From the NCBI GenBank assembly GCA_934489915.1, contig CAKSSZ010000001.1, positions 1 to 36,918 on the forward strand: a stretch of DNA of 36,918 bases, read 5' to 3'. The stretch is from an uncultured Clostridia bacterium. GTDB lineage: Bacteria; Bacillota; Clostridia; HGM11514. Shown here in pieces: positions 11,033 to 18,624 of this stretch; the stretch's first letter is position 1, and each line of letters opens with the position of its first letter. The notes beneath the pieces were generated by a model. That model saw only the letters and a list, made by a program, of their open reading frames with translations, did no database searches and was not told the DNA's origin. The translations under genes were made by a program, and so were the position numbers.

Positions 11033-11076
11033 AGCCTGTTTTTTCCTGATATGTATTTCATAATAAAAAACAGGCT
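11033..11076 (-). promoter_or_regulatory. 12-bp perfect inverted repeat (AGCCTGTTTTTT-N20-AAAAAACAGGCT) in the GH88 leader
   Basis: Read directly from the sequence. Arms are 11033-11044 and 11065-11076. Lies between the predicted -10 (11083-11088) and the RBS (about 11019-11026). Confidence 0.6.
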
Positions 11077-11082
11077 ACATTT

Positions 11083-11111
11083 ATTATATTATATTTTTTC
11101 CTCCATTGCAA
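11083..11111 (-). promoter_or_regulatory. sigma-A-like promoter for GH88(-pyrH-frr) (TTGCAA-17 nt-TATAAT)
   Basis: Minus strand reads TTGCAATGGAGGAAAAAATATAATATAAT, downstream of the gap terminator. Confidence 0.45.
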
Positions 11112-11145
11112 TCTTTTTTTGCTTTTTTTCTAAGAAAAAATAAAG

Positions 11146-11181
11146 CAAAAAAGAACCCGTTCTCAGAACGAGTTCTTTTTT
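11146..11181. terminator. bidirectional-looking intrinsic terminator after gap
   Basis: GAACCCGTTC-tca-GAACGAGTTC forms a 10-bp stem (one G-U on the minus-strand RNA). It is flanked by A6 on one side and T6 on the other and lies 13 nt beyond the gap stop. Confidence 0.7.
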
Positions 11182-11193
11182 GTGGCTTTTCCT

Positions 11194-12210
11194 TTATTTT
11201 ACTTCAGCAAAATATTTGATGGTTCTTACCATCTGGCTGGTGTAAGAGTTTTCGTTATCATACCAGGAAACAACCTGAACCTGAGTCATATCTGTTCCTT
11301 CGATCGGGGAAACCATGGTCTGAGTTGCATCGAACAGAGAACCATATCTCATACCGATGATATCGCTGGAAACGATTTCGTCTTCGTTATATCCGAAGGA
11401 TTCGTTAGCAGCAGCCTTCATAGCGGCATTGATTTCATCAACCGTTACCTTACCCTTTACAACAGCTACCAAAATCGTGGTAGAACCGGTAGGAGTAGGA
11501 ACACGCTGTGCAGAACCGATCAGCTTACCGTTCAGTTCAGGAATTACCAGACCGATTGCTTTTGCAGCGCCGGTGGAGTTAGGAACAATGTTTACAGCAG
11601 CAGCTCTGGATCTTCTCAGGTCGCCCTTTCTCTGAGGACCGTCCAAGGTCATCTGGTCGCCGGTGTAAGCATGAATGGTGCTCATGATACCGCTCTCGAT
11701 CGGAGCCAGGTCATTCAACGCCTTTGCCATAGGAGCCAGGCAGTTGGTGGTGCAGGAAGCTGCGGAAATCACAGTATCCTCAGGCTTCAAATCGGTGTGG
11801 TTTACATTGTAAACGATTGTAGGCAGATCCTTTCCTGCAGGAGCGGAAATAACAACCTTCTTAGCGCCTGCAGCGATATGAGCGGAAGCCTTTTCCTTAG
11901 AGGTATAAAAACCGGTGCATTCCAGAACAACGTCTACGCCGATTTGACCCCAGGGCAAATCCTTTGCATCCTTTTCCGCATAAATTTTAATGGTTTTGCC
12001 GTTTACCGTGATGGAATCTTCCCCGGCAACAACAGAATCACAATACTGATATCTGCCTTGAGAAGAATCGTACTTCAACAGATGAGCCAGCATGGAGGGG
12101 CTGGTCAGGTCGTTGATTGCAACAACCTCATACCCTTCAGCGTCAAACATCTGTCTGAACGCCAGACGGCCAATCCGGCCAAAACCGTTAATCGCAACTT
12201 TTACTGACAT
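11194..12210 (-). CDS. gap: glyceraldehyde-3-phosphate dehydrogenase (type I)
   Basis: 338-aa ORF with [12 protein letters not shown]-binding motif and active site SCTTNCLAP. Confidence 0.97.
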   Translation of the reverse strand: MSVKVAINGFGRIGRLAFRQMFDAEGYEVVAINDLTSPSMLAHLLKYDSSQGRYQYCDSVVAGEDSITVNGKTIKIYAEKDAKDLPWGQIGVDVVLECTGFYTSKEKASAHIAAGAKKVVISAPAGKDLPTIVYNVNHTDLKPEDTVISAASCTTNCLAPMAKALNDLAPIESGIMSTIHAYTGDQMTLDGPQRKGDLRRSRAAAVNIVPNSTGAAKAIGLVIPELNGKLIGSAQRVPTPTGSTTILVAVVKGKVTVDEINAAMKAAANESFGYNEDEIVSSDIIGMRYGSLFDATQTMVSPIEGTDMTQVQVVSWYDNENSYTSQMVRTIKYFAEVK

Positions 12211-12256
12211 GAGAATTACCTCCTAAATAATAGTTAAAATAAATCCACTTTCTTTT

Positions 12257-12285
12257 ATTGTACAATAAAACCGAAAATTATGCAA
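12257..12285 (-). promoter_or_regulatory. sigma-A-like promoter for gap (TTGCAT-17 nt-TACAAT)
   Basis: Minus strand reads TTGCATAATTTTCGGTTTTATTGTACAAT, about 45 nt upstream of the gap ATG. Strong RBS AGGAGG follows. Confidence 0.5.
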
Positions 12286-12395
12286 GACCCTTTGTGAAAA
12301 AAATATCTGTCTTGGCAAAAATATGTGAGTTTTAGACAAGAAAAGATTTGAAAGAGAAGGGTGTTTGTCAAATATTTTGGGCTTTTTTCTGCTTT

Positions 12396-13391
12396 TTATA
12401 CTTCCTTTAGAACAAATTCTGTTTTTTCCCCGGGGAAAAAACGAACCTCCCGCAATCCATAGGTCTTTTTCCAAAATTTTCGGTTCTCCTTTTTCTGCCC
12501 TGCCAGCTGAGAAAAAGCAGAAACCGGTGCGCTGATCCATAATTCCTTGCCGCCCGTACTCTGTCCCTCCAAAAAAGAAGAAACGCTTCTGCGCCACAGC
12601 CGGGAGGATACCAGCTCGCCGAATGCCGGATGGGAAGGACCTGCAATCAATTCTCCCGGCAGCAAGGAATCTGTGCATAGGCCGGTTCGAATCACCGGTA
12701 CGGGGGAAAGGGCTTGGGTCATATCCGCCGCTCTTTCTACCGCCTCTTCCAGCGAAAGCGGACAATATTCCCCACGCCGATACTGTTCCGCAAGAGGGGT
12801 TTCTGCCAATACCAGCACGGGATAAATCCGTACAAAATCCGCCTTGCACAGAACAGCCTCCCGAGCAGACCGGAGGCAGCTTTCCCGGCTGTCCCCGGGC
12901 AACCCGCACATTAACTGTACACCCAAAGAAAATCCGGCAGATTTCACCCGGCGGCATGCATTTTTTACACACTCTGCCGAATGCCCTCGGCCGGCACGGC
13001 GCAGCACCTCCTCCGAAAAGGATTGTACTCCCAGCTCCACCGTAGTCACCCCGTATGCCTGCAATCGCCGCAGCACATCGTCCCCTACTGCATCCGGCCG
13101 GGTGGAAAGGCGAATCCCGCCTGCCTTGCCTTGCAAGACATACTCCTGCGCCAACGCCAGATATGCTTCCTGCTCTGACGGAGCAATGGCGGTAAAGCTG
13201 CCGCCGAAAAATGCAATTTCAATTTCCTCTGCCGGGTACGATAAAAAAGATAAATAACGCTCAATTTCCTGACGGGCAGCTGAAGGAGTCATGGGCTTGT
13301 CCTGTCCGGTTATTTTGTTTTGATTACAGAAAATGCATTGGTGCGGGCAGCCGGAATGGGGAATGAAAACCGGAATGTTAACGTGTTTCAA
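12396..13391 (-). CDS. radical SAM protein (ELP3/MiaB-like Fe-S oxidoreductase commonly found next to rnc in Clostridia)
   Basis: 331-aa ORF with N-terminal IPVFIPHSGCPHQCIFCNQ (CxxxCxxC cluster motif). 14-nt overlap with the rnc 3' end. Confidence 0.8.
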   Translation of the reverse strand: MKHVNIPVFIPHSGCPHQCIFCNQNKITGQDKPMTPSAARQEIERYLSFLSYPAEEIEIAFFGGSFTAIAPSEQEAYLALAQEYVLQGKAGGIRLSTRPDAVGDDVLRRLQAYGVTTVELGVQSFSEEVLRRAGRGHSAECVKNACRRVKSAGFSLGVQLMCGLPGDSRESCLRSAREAVLCKADFVRIYPVLVLAETPLAEQYRRGEYCPLSLEEAVERAADMTQALSPVPVIRTGLCTDSLLPGELIAGPSHPAFGELVSSRLWRRSVSSFLEGQSTGGKELWISAPVSAFSQLAGQKKENRKFWKKTYGLREVRFFPGEKTEFVLKEV

Positions 13392-14049
13392 GCAAATGCT
13401 CCTCTAAAATTTTATGAGCCGCATTTTGCTCCGCCTGTTTTTTGCTGCCGGCCGTCCCCTGCGCCAGCATCCTTCCCTGCCACATTGCCTGCACCGTATA
13501 AACTCGGTTATGATCCGGCCCGGTTACCTCCAGCACTTGATATTCCACCGTCTCATGCCCCAGCCGCTGCGCCAATTCCTGCAGCGTTGTTTTATAGTCC
13601 CGGGTCGGATCTGCCGCAGCCTGATGAATTTCTTTCACCAACCGCTTTAAAATCCATTCCCGTACCGTATCCAAATCGCTGTCCAAATAAATAGCTGCAA
13701 TCACCGCTTCCATTGCGTCTGACAGTATGGAGTCCCGATTCCGGCCGCCGGTTTTCTCCTCCCCATGCCCCAAACGCAGCTGATTGCCCAAGTCTAAATC
13801 CCGCGCCAAACGAGCCAGGGTTTTTTCACAAACCACCGCTGCCCGCAGCTTGCTAAGCCATCCTTCCGGCTGATGAGGATAATGCCCATATAAATATTGC
13901 CCGGTCACCAAACCCAAAACTGCGTCTCCCAAGAACTCCAGCCGCTCGTTGCAGCCCCCGGCGCTCATGGTTTCGTTCTGATAAGAACTATGGGTTAAGG
14001 CTGTTGTTAACAGCGCAGGGTTCTGAAAGGTGTATCCGATTTGATTCAT
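13378..14049 (-). CDS. rnc: ribonuclease III
   Basis: 223-aa ORF with RNase III signature NERLEFLGDAVL and a C-terminal dsRBD (GSKKQAEQNAA). acpP-rnc synteny. Confidence 0.95.
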   Translation of the reverse strand: MNQIGYTFQNPALLTTALTHSSYQNETMSAGGCNERLEFLGDAVLGLVTGQYLYGHYPHQPEGWLSKLRAAVVCEKTLARLARDLDLGNQLRLGHGEEKTGGRNRDSILSDAMEAVIAAIYLDSDLDTVREWILKRLVKEIHQAAADPTRDYKTTLQELAQRLGHETVEYQVLEVTGPDHNRVYTVQAMWQGRMLAQGTAGSKKQAEQNAAHKILEEHLLETR

Positions 14050-14067
14050 GTCATCGCTTCCCTTTGG

Positions 14068-14102
14068 AAAAACCGCCTCGCTTGTTCAGACAAACGAGAC
14101 GG
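14068..14102 (-). terminator. hairpin plus U5 between acpP and rnc (partial terminator/attenuator candidate)
   Basis: Minus strand has CCGTCTCGTTTG-tctgaa-CAAGCGAGGCGG, a 12-bp stem with two G-U pairs, followed by TTTTT. The rnc RBS/ATG follows directly. Confidence 0.5.
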
Positions 14103-14125
14103 TTCATAATTTTTTGATCAGGCTA

Positions 14126-14362
14126 CTATGCGTTTGCCTTGGCAAAATTCACCGCATCTCCTACGGTGTGGATATTTTCCGCATCCTCATCGGAAATTTC
14201 AATGCCGAATTCATCCTCCATTGCCATGACCAGCTCCACCAAGTCCAACGAATCCGCTCCCAAGTCGTCTGCAAAAGAAGCATCCATCGTGACTTCGGAT
14301 TCATCTACACCCAGTTGATCAACAATAATTTGCTTAATTGTATCAAATTCCATGATGCTCAC
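14126..14362 (-). CDS. acpP: acyl carrier protein
   Basis: 78-aa acidic ORF with phosphopantetheine-attachment motif [20 protein letters not shown]. Confidence 0.96.
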   Translation of the reverse strand: MSIMEFDTIKQIIVDQLGVDESEVTMDASFADDLGADSLDLVELVMAMEDEFGIEISDEDAENIHTVGDAVNFAKANA

Positions 14363-14398
14363 CTCCTTAGCTCGTCAAAACAGTCCGTTACTCTCTAT

Positions 14399-14427
14399 AT
14401 CATATTACAAAAAAACATTGCCGTCAA
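14399..14427 (-). promoter_or_regulatory. sigma-A-like promoter for acpP (TTGACG-17 nt-TATGAT)
   Basis: Minus strand reads TTGACGGCAATGTTTTTTTGTAATATGAT, about 35 nt upstream of the acpP RBS AAGGAGG. Confidence 0.5.
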
Positions 14428-14457
14428 TACCAAAAAAAGCTTTTTTCTGATTTTTTA

Positions 14458-14988
14458 TTATTCTGATAAAATTTTTCGCAATATTTCGTAAGAACCGCAC
14501 AATTCATCCAACAAATTGCTCTGTTCTTCCATAAAAATTCTGCTCTGTTCAAACTTGTGCAGCAACAAAGCGGTGCGATTCACCCGCCGTACAAACTGCG
14601 GTTCCAGCTCGGAGGGCTGCATCACCCGGGCAACAGGACAAATGGCGCCGGCTCTCGGATCCATAAAAACCACAGGTCGGCTCCCCGGCTTCACATAAGG
14701 AAACAACGGAAAAATCCGACATGCCAGCGGCCGCAGCGCACGGTCGCACCGCCCCTCACACAAAGCGATGGTCACCGGCTTGCCGTTCACCCGAAAGCTG
14801 CTTTTTTGCAGCGTAAGGAAAGAAGCGCTCTGCAACAGCTCTTCCTCCCCGGGATACAAAAACATCCCGTCCCCGCCTTCCTCGGTGCAGCAAGCGCCGT
14901 GGCAGCACTGCCCGCAATCCGTTGACAGGGGAGTGCAGTCGTCAAACAACCGGTATAGCTGCCGGTACAGCTCTTTTGCCCGGCTCAT
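14458..14988 (-). CDS. Cys-rich YkgJ/UPF0153-like putative zinc- or iron-chelating protein
   Basis: 176-aa ORF with CGQCCHGACC cluster (CxxCC-x3-CC) plus further conserved Cys (CEGRC, C-x-P). ATG lies 1 nt after the pgsA stop. Confidence 0.6.
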   Translation of the reverse strand: MSRAKELYRQLYRLFDDCTPLSTDCGQCCHGACCTEEGGDGMFLYPGEEELLQSASFLTLQKSSFRVNGKPVTIALCEGRCDRALRPLACRIFPLFPYVKPGSRPVVFMDPRAGAICPVARVMQPSELEPQFVRRVNRTALLLHKFEQSRIFMEEQSNLLDELCGSYEILRKILSE

Positions 14989-14989
14989 G

Positions 14990-15517
14990 CTACTTCACCT
15001 TCAGCAAATCCCGGTTCTGAATACAGTAAACGCACCCGGAATATAAGGTCAGTACCGCAACGATCCCCATAATCAGGTTCATCCAGAACCCGGTAATATG
15101 GAAAAATAAAATCGCCAGAATCCCAATCATCTGGGACGCCGTTTTTACCTTTCCTGCCATTCCCGCAGGCAACACCCGGCCGTCCTCCGAAACCGCAATT
15201 AACCGCAATCCCGTTACAATAAATTCCCGTGCAATAATAATAAATACAATCCAGGAGGGCAAATCCGCCACTTCAATCAAGCACAAAAATGCAGAAGCAG
15301 TCAGCAGCTTATCCGCCAACGGGTCTGCAAACTTTCCAAAGTTGGTAATCAGATGACGCTTGCGGGCAATCTGACCGTCCAGATAATCGGTAAAGGAGGC
15401 AAGTGCAAACACCACCCCCGCTGTTTTCCACATTCCCATCAGCAAAAACACCATAAAAACGGGAATCATGATAATTCTAATCAAGGTCAATCGATTGGGT
15501 AAATTCATTTTTCTCAT
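14990..15517 (-). CDS. pgsA: CDP-diacylglycerol--glycerol-3-phosphate 3-phosphatidyltransferase
   Basis: 175-aa membrane ORF with CDP-alcohol phosphatidyltransferase motif DGQIARKRHLITNFGKFADPLADK. Confidence 0.92.
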   Translation of the reverse strand: MRKMNLPNRLTLIRIIMIPVFMVFLLMGMWKTAGVVFALASFTDYLDGQIARKRHLITNFGKFADPLADKLLTASAFLCLIEVADLPSWIVFIIIAREFIVTGLRLIAVSEDGRVLPAGMAGKVKTASQMIGILAILFFHITGFWMNLIMGIVAVLTLYSGCVYCIQNRDLLKVK

Positions 15518-16848
15518 CCTTCCTCATCTATTGTGACCTGTTGTCCGTACAAATCATATTCGTCTGCGTCCTCAATTTTTACCAACACAAAATCACCCGG
15601 GGAAAGCTCCTGCTCACTGCCAAAATATACAGTACCGTCAATTTCCACCGAATCTGCATAGCTTCTGCCAAAATACAGGGCTTTTTCCCCGTCAAAGCCT
15701 TCGGTCAGCACCTCCAGCGTCCGTCCCAGCTTTTGTTGGTTTTTCTCCAGAGAAATCCGTCCCTGGCAAAGCATTAATCCATCCCGGCGCTGCTCTTTTA
15801 CAGATTCATCAATCTGCTCCTCCATCTGCGCTGCCGGCGTTCCTTCTTCGGGAGAATAACAAAACACACCCATCCGATCAAAGCCGACTTCTTCTGCAAA
15901 ATGACACAGCTCTTCATACTGCTCCTCCGTCTCGCCGGGGAAGCCGACAATCACAGACGTGCGCAATGCAGCGTCCGGCAATGTCCTGCGGATTTGCGCA
16001 AACAGCTCAACCAGCTGCTCCTTGGTACACCGACGACCCATTCGTTTCAGCAATCCGTTGCTGCAATGCTGAATCGGGAGATCCAGGTAGTGGCAGATTT
16101 TCGGTTCTTTTGCCATCACCTCTAACAACTCTTCGGTTACCCCCTCCGGGTACCCGTAATGGAACCGAATCCAATGCAGCCCTTCCACCCGGCAAAGCCT
16201 TCTCAGCAGCTCTGCCAGTTTCCGTTCGCCGTATAAATCCGTACCGTATGCGGTAGTATCCTGCGCTACTAAAATCAATTCCCGCACGCCGTCCTTGGCC
16301 AAAGCCTCCGCTTCCGCTGTCAACTCCTCCATGGAACGGCTCCGATATTTCCCCCGAATGGAGGGAATCACGCAATAAGTACAATGATTATCGCACCCAT
16401 CTGCAATTTTTAAGTATGCAGTATAAAAGGGCATCGAGTTGATCCGCGGCAGGATCCGATAATCCGGGGAACAGTTAATGTCCCCAAACAGCTCCGTTTC
16501 CTCCCCTTCTAACAGCTCAATAATATGATGATAGTCCGCCGTGCCGGCAATCACATCTACCTCCGGCAGCTCCCGGCGCATTTCCTCCCGATACCGCTGC
16601 GCCAGGCACCCGGTCACCGCCAATTTTTTGCACCGACCGGTCTTTTTATATTCCGCCGCCTCCAGAATCGCTTCAATCGACTCTTCCTTTGCGGAGGTGA
16701 TAAACCCGCAGGTGTTTACAATAATCCAATCTGCCTCTGCAGGATCCTGAGTCAGCTCATAGCCCCGTTCCCGCAGCAATCCCAGCATCATTTCACTGTC
16801 CACCTGGTTTTTAGGACAGCCCAAAGAAATCAGTGCCGCTTTCTTCAT
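15514..16848 (-). CDS. rimO: ribosomal protein S12 methylthiotransferase RimO
   Basis: 444-aa ORF. UPF0004 N-domain ([12 protein letters not shown]), radical SAM CDNHCTYC, C-terminal TRAM-like region. 4-nt overlap with pgsA. Confidence 0.88.
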   Translation of the reverse strand: MKKAALISLGCPKNQVDSEMMLGLLRERGYELTQDPAEADWIIVNTCGFITSAKEESIEAILEAAEYKKTGRCKKLAVTGCLAQRYREEMRRELPEVDVIAGTADYHHIIELLEGEETELFGDINCSPDYRILPRINSMPFYTAYLKIADGCDNHCTYCVIPSIRGKYRSRSMEELTAEAEALAKDGVRELILVAQDTTAYGTDLYGERKLAELLRRLCRVEGLHWIRFHYGYPEGVTEELLEVMAKEPKICHYLDLPIQHCSNGLLKRMGRRCTKEQLVELFAQIRRTLPDAALRTSVIVGFPGETEEQYEELCHFAEEVGFDRMGVFCYSPEEGTPAAQMEEQIDESVKEQRRDGLMLCQGRISLEKNQQKLGRTLEVLTEGFDGEKALYFGRSYADSVEIDGTVYFGSEQELSPGDFVLVKIEDADEYDLYGQQVTIDEEG

Positions 16849-17479
16849 TCATTTCCTCCTCAATATACTGTCGCAGTGCGTCAGAAACAGCCGCATAATC
16901 GTATCCCCGCCGGATACAGTAATCAAATACCCGCCGCACCGCCTTTTTGTCCGACGGATCTTTGAGCCGCTTCGCAACGATCTGGGCTAACGCATCTCCC
17001 TGATCGTTTTGCTCACAAACCGCCTCCCACGCTTGCTCCGCCGTTTCCCGATCAATGCCCCGGGTCAGCAATTCATGAATCACCAGGCGCTTTCCTTTTT
17101 TGCGAAGCACAACAGCGTCATGGGCATAAGCACGGGCATATTCTGCGTCATTTAAATAACCCAGCCGACAAAGCAGCGCAACGGTCTGCTCAACGGTTTC
17201 CGGGAGATAGTCCCGATCCTCCAGTTTTTTTACAATCCCGGCAACAGAATAGCTCCTGCGTGCCAACAGACGGAAGCTGTAGCTTTTAGCGTCAAACAGC
17301 TCCCCCTCCCGGCGAATTTGCTCCAGCTCCTCCGGGGTATACTCCATTCCCTGCCGCAAGCCCATTTTAATGCATACTTCTTCATTCAACCCGAAAAGAA
17401 AGGTTCCGTCTGCATAAACAGACCGTCTGTCCGGGTGCTTTTTTTGCGGCTCTAACGCCGTAATCAATTGCTTATTCAT
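16811..17479 (-). CDS. recX: recombination regulator RecX
   Basis: 222-aa helical-repeat ORF immediately after recA (8-nt overlap). Repeated Y..R..S..E motifs are typical of RecX. The assignment rests largely on context. Confidence 0.8.
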   Translation of the reverse strand: MNKQLITALEPQKKHPDRRSVYADGTFLFGLNEEVCIKMGLRQGMEYTPEELEQIRREGELFDAKSYSFRLLARRSYSVAGIVKKLEDRDYLPETVEQTVALLCRLGYLNDAEYARAYAHDAVVLRKKGKRLVIHELLTRGIDRETAEQAWEAVCEQNDQGDALAQIVAKRLKDPSDKKAVRRVFDYCIRRGYDYAAVSDALRQYIEEEMNEESGTDFFGLS

Positions 17480-18563
17480 CCTGTACCGCTTCCGTCTTTT
17501 TCGTGTCTGTCTTCTTGGAGCCTGTCTTTTTCTGCTCCGACTTTATCACTTCTTCTTTTTTTCCGTCATTCTGACCAAAGTCATACTTTTCGCGTACCTG
17601 CGCATCCAGGCTTTCCATTAATTCCGGGTGTTCGGTCAGATATTTCTTTGCATTGTCCCGTCCCTGACCGATTCTTTCGCCGTTGATCGAATACCAGGCG
17701 CCGTTCTTGGTCACAAGCCCTTGATCTACTGCCAAATCCAACACAATTCCCTCTTTGGAAACGCCCTCTCCGTACATAATATCAAAGTACGCTTCTTTGA
17801 ATGGAGGCGCAACCTTGTTTTTCACAATTTTGACTCTTGTGTGGTTCCCGAACACTTCAGAGCCTTGCTTAATCTGCTCTGCACGGCGTACCTCCATCCG
17901 AACAGAGGAATAGAACTTCAATGCCCGGCCGCCGGTTGTTACTTCCGGATTGCCATAGCTGTTCCCCACCTTTTCCCGCAGCTGATTAATAAAAATCGCC
18001 ACCGTATTGGTGCGGCCGATCACGCCGGCAAGCTTCCGCAGCGCCTGAGACATCAAACGTGCATGAAGACCCACGTGAGAGTCGCCCATTTCTCCTTCAA
18101 TTTCCGCTTTGGGTACCAACGCCGCTACAGAGTCCACAACAATGACATCAATGGCAGCGCTGCGTGCCAAGGCTTCCGTAATTTCCAGCGCCTGCTCTCC
18201 GTTATCCGGCTGGGAAACAAACAAGTCGTCAATTTTCACCCCCAGCTTTCGGGCATAATCCGGATCCAAGGCGTGCTCTGCGTCAATAAACGCAACCTCG
18301 CCCCCCATTTTTTGTGCTTGGGCGACAATATGTAAGGCAACCGTCGTTTTACCGGAGGATTCCGGACCGTAGATTTCCACAATCCGCCCCCGGGGAACCC
18401 CGCCGATTCCCAGTGCAATATCCAAACTTAAAATACCGGTGGAAATGGTATCAACCTGCATATGGGCATTCTCTCCCAGCCGCATGACCGCACCCTTTCC
18501 AAACTGTTTTTCTATAATTCCCAACGCTTCATCCAATGCCTTTTTTTTATCAGCAGAAGCCAT
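17472..18563 (-). CDS. recA: recombinase RecA
   Basis: 363-aa ORF with Walker [10 protein letters not shown] and [10 protein letters not shown]. Lys/Glu-rich C-terminal tail. Confidence 0.98.
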   Translation of the reverse strand: MASADKKKALDEALGIIEKQFGKGAVMRLGENAHMQVDTISTGILSLDIALGIGGVPRGRIVEIYGPESSGKTTVALHIVAQAQKMGGEVAFIDAEHALDPDYARKLGVKIDDLFVSQPDNGEQALEITEALARSAAIDVIVVDSVAALVPKAEIEGEMGDSHVGLHARLMSQALRKLAGVIGRTNTVAIFINQLREKVGNSYGNPEVTTGGRALKFYSSVRMEVRRAEQIKQGSEVFGNHTRVKIVKNKVAPPFKEAYFDIMYGEGVSKEGIVLDLAVDQGLVTKNGAWYSINGERIGQGRDNAKKYLTEHPELMESLDAQVREKYDFGQNDGKKEEVIKSEQKKTGSKKTDTKKTEAVQDE

Positions 18564-18596
18564 CTTTCGTTCCTCCTATCGGTGTTTTCTTCCTCA

Positions 18597-18624
18597 ATTA
18601 TATCAAATTTTTACGATTTGTCAA
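18597..18624 (-). promoter_or_regulatory. near-consensus sigma-A promoter for recA (TTGACA-16 nt-TATAAT, TGn extended -10)
   Basis: Minus strand reads TTGACAAATCGTAAAAATTTGATATAAT. The cinA TGA stop lies inside the -35 hexamer. Confidence 0.55.

Noticed and set aside
11182-12207. 341-aa plus-strand ORF spanning essentially the whole of gap in antisense
   Set aside because: It is a mirror ORF of a highly codon-biased gene. Its product is low-complexity (S/G/R/N-rich) with no motif, and it has no RBS or promoter of its own. The minus-strand frame is an unmistakable GAPDH.
14432-14446. AAAAAAAGCTTTTTT palindrome downstream of the Cys-rich gene, considered as a terminator
   Set aside because: It is an all-A/T stem with essentially no loop, so it is too weak to be called an intrinsic terminator. 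It is probably just AT-rich promoter-upstream (UP-like) sequence for acpP.
17628-18335. 235-aa plus-strand ORF antisense to recA; similar antisense ORFs at 21601-22245, 22233-22820, 3068-3409 and 68-436
   Set aside because: All lie wholly inside well-supported minus-strand genes (recA, nifS, the SGNH gene, dnaB, ftsH). Their composition is R/H/P/Q-rich shadow-frame composition, and they lack start context. They are treated as non-coding shadows.
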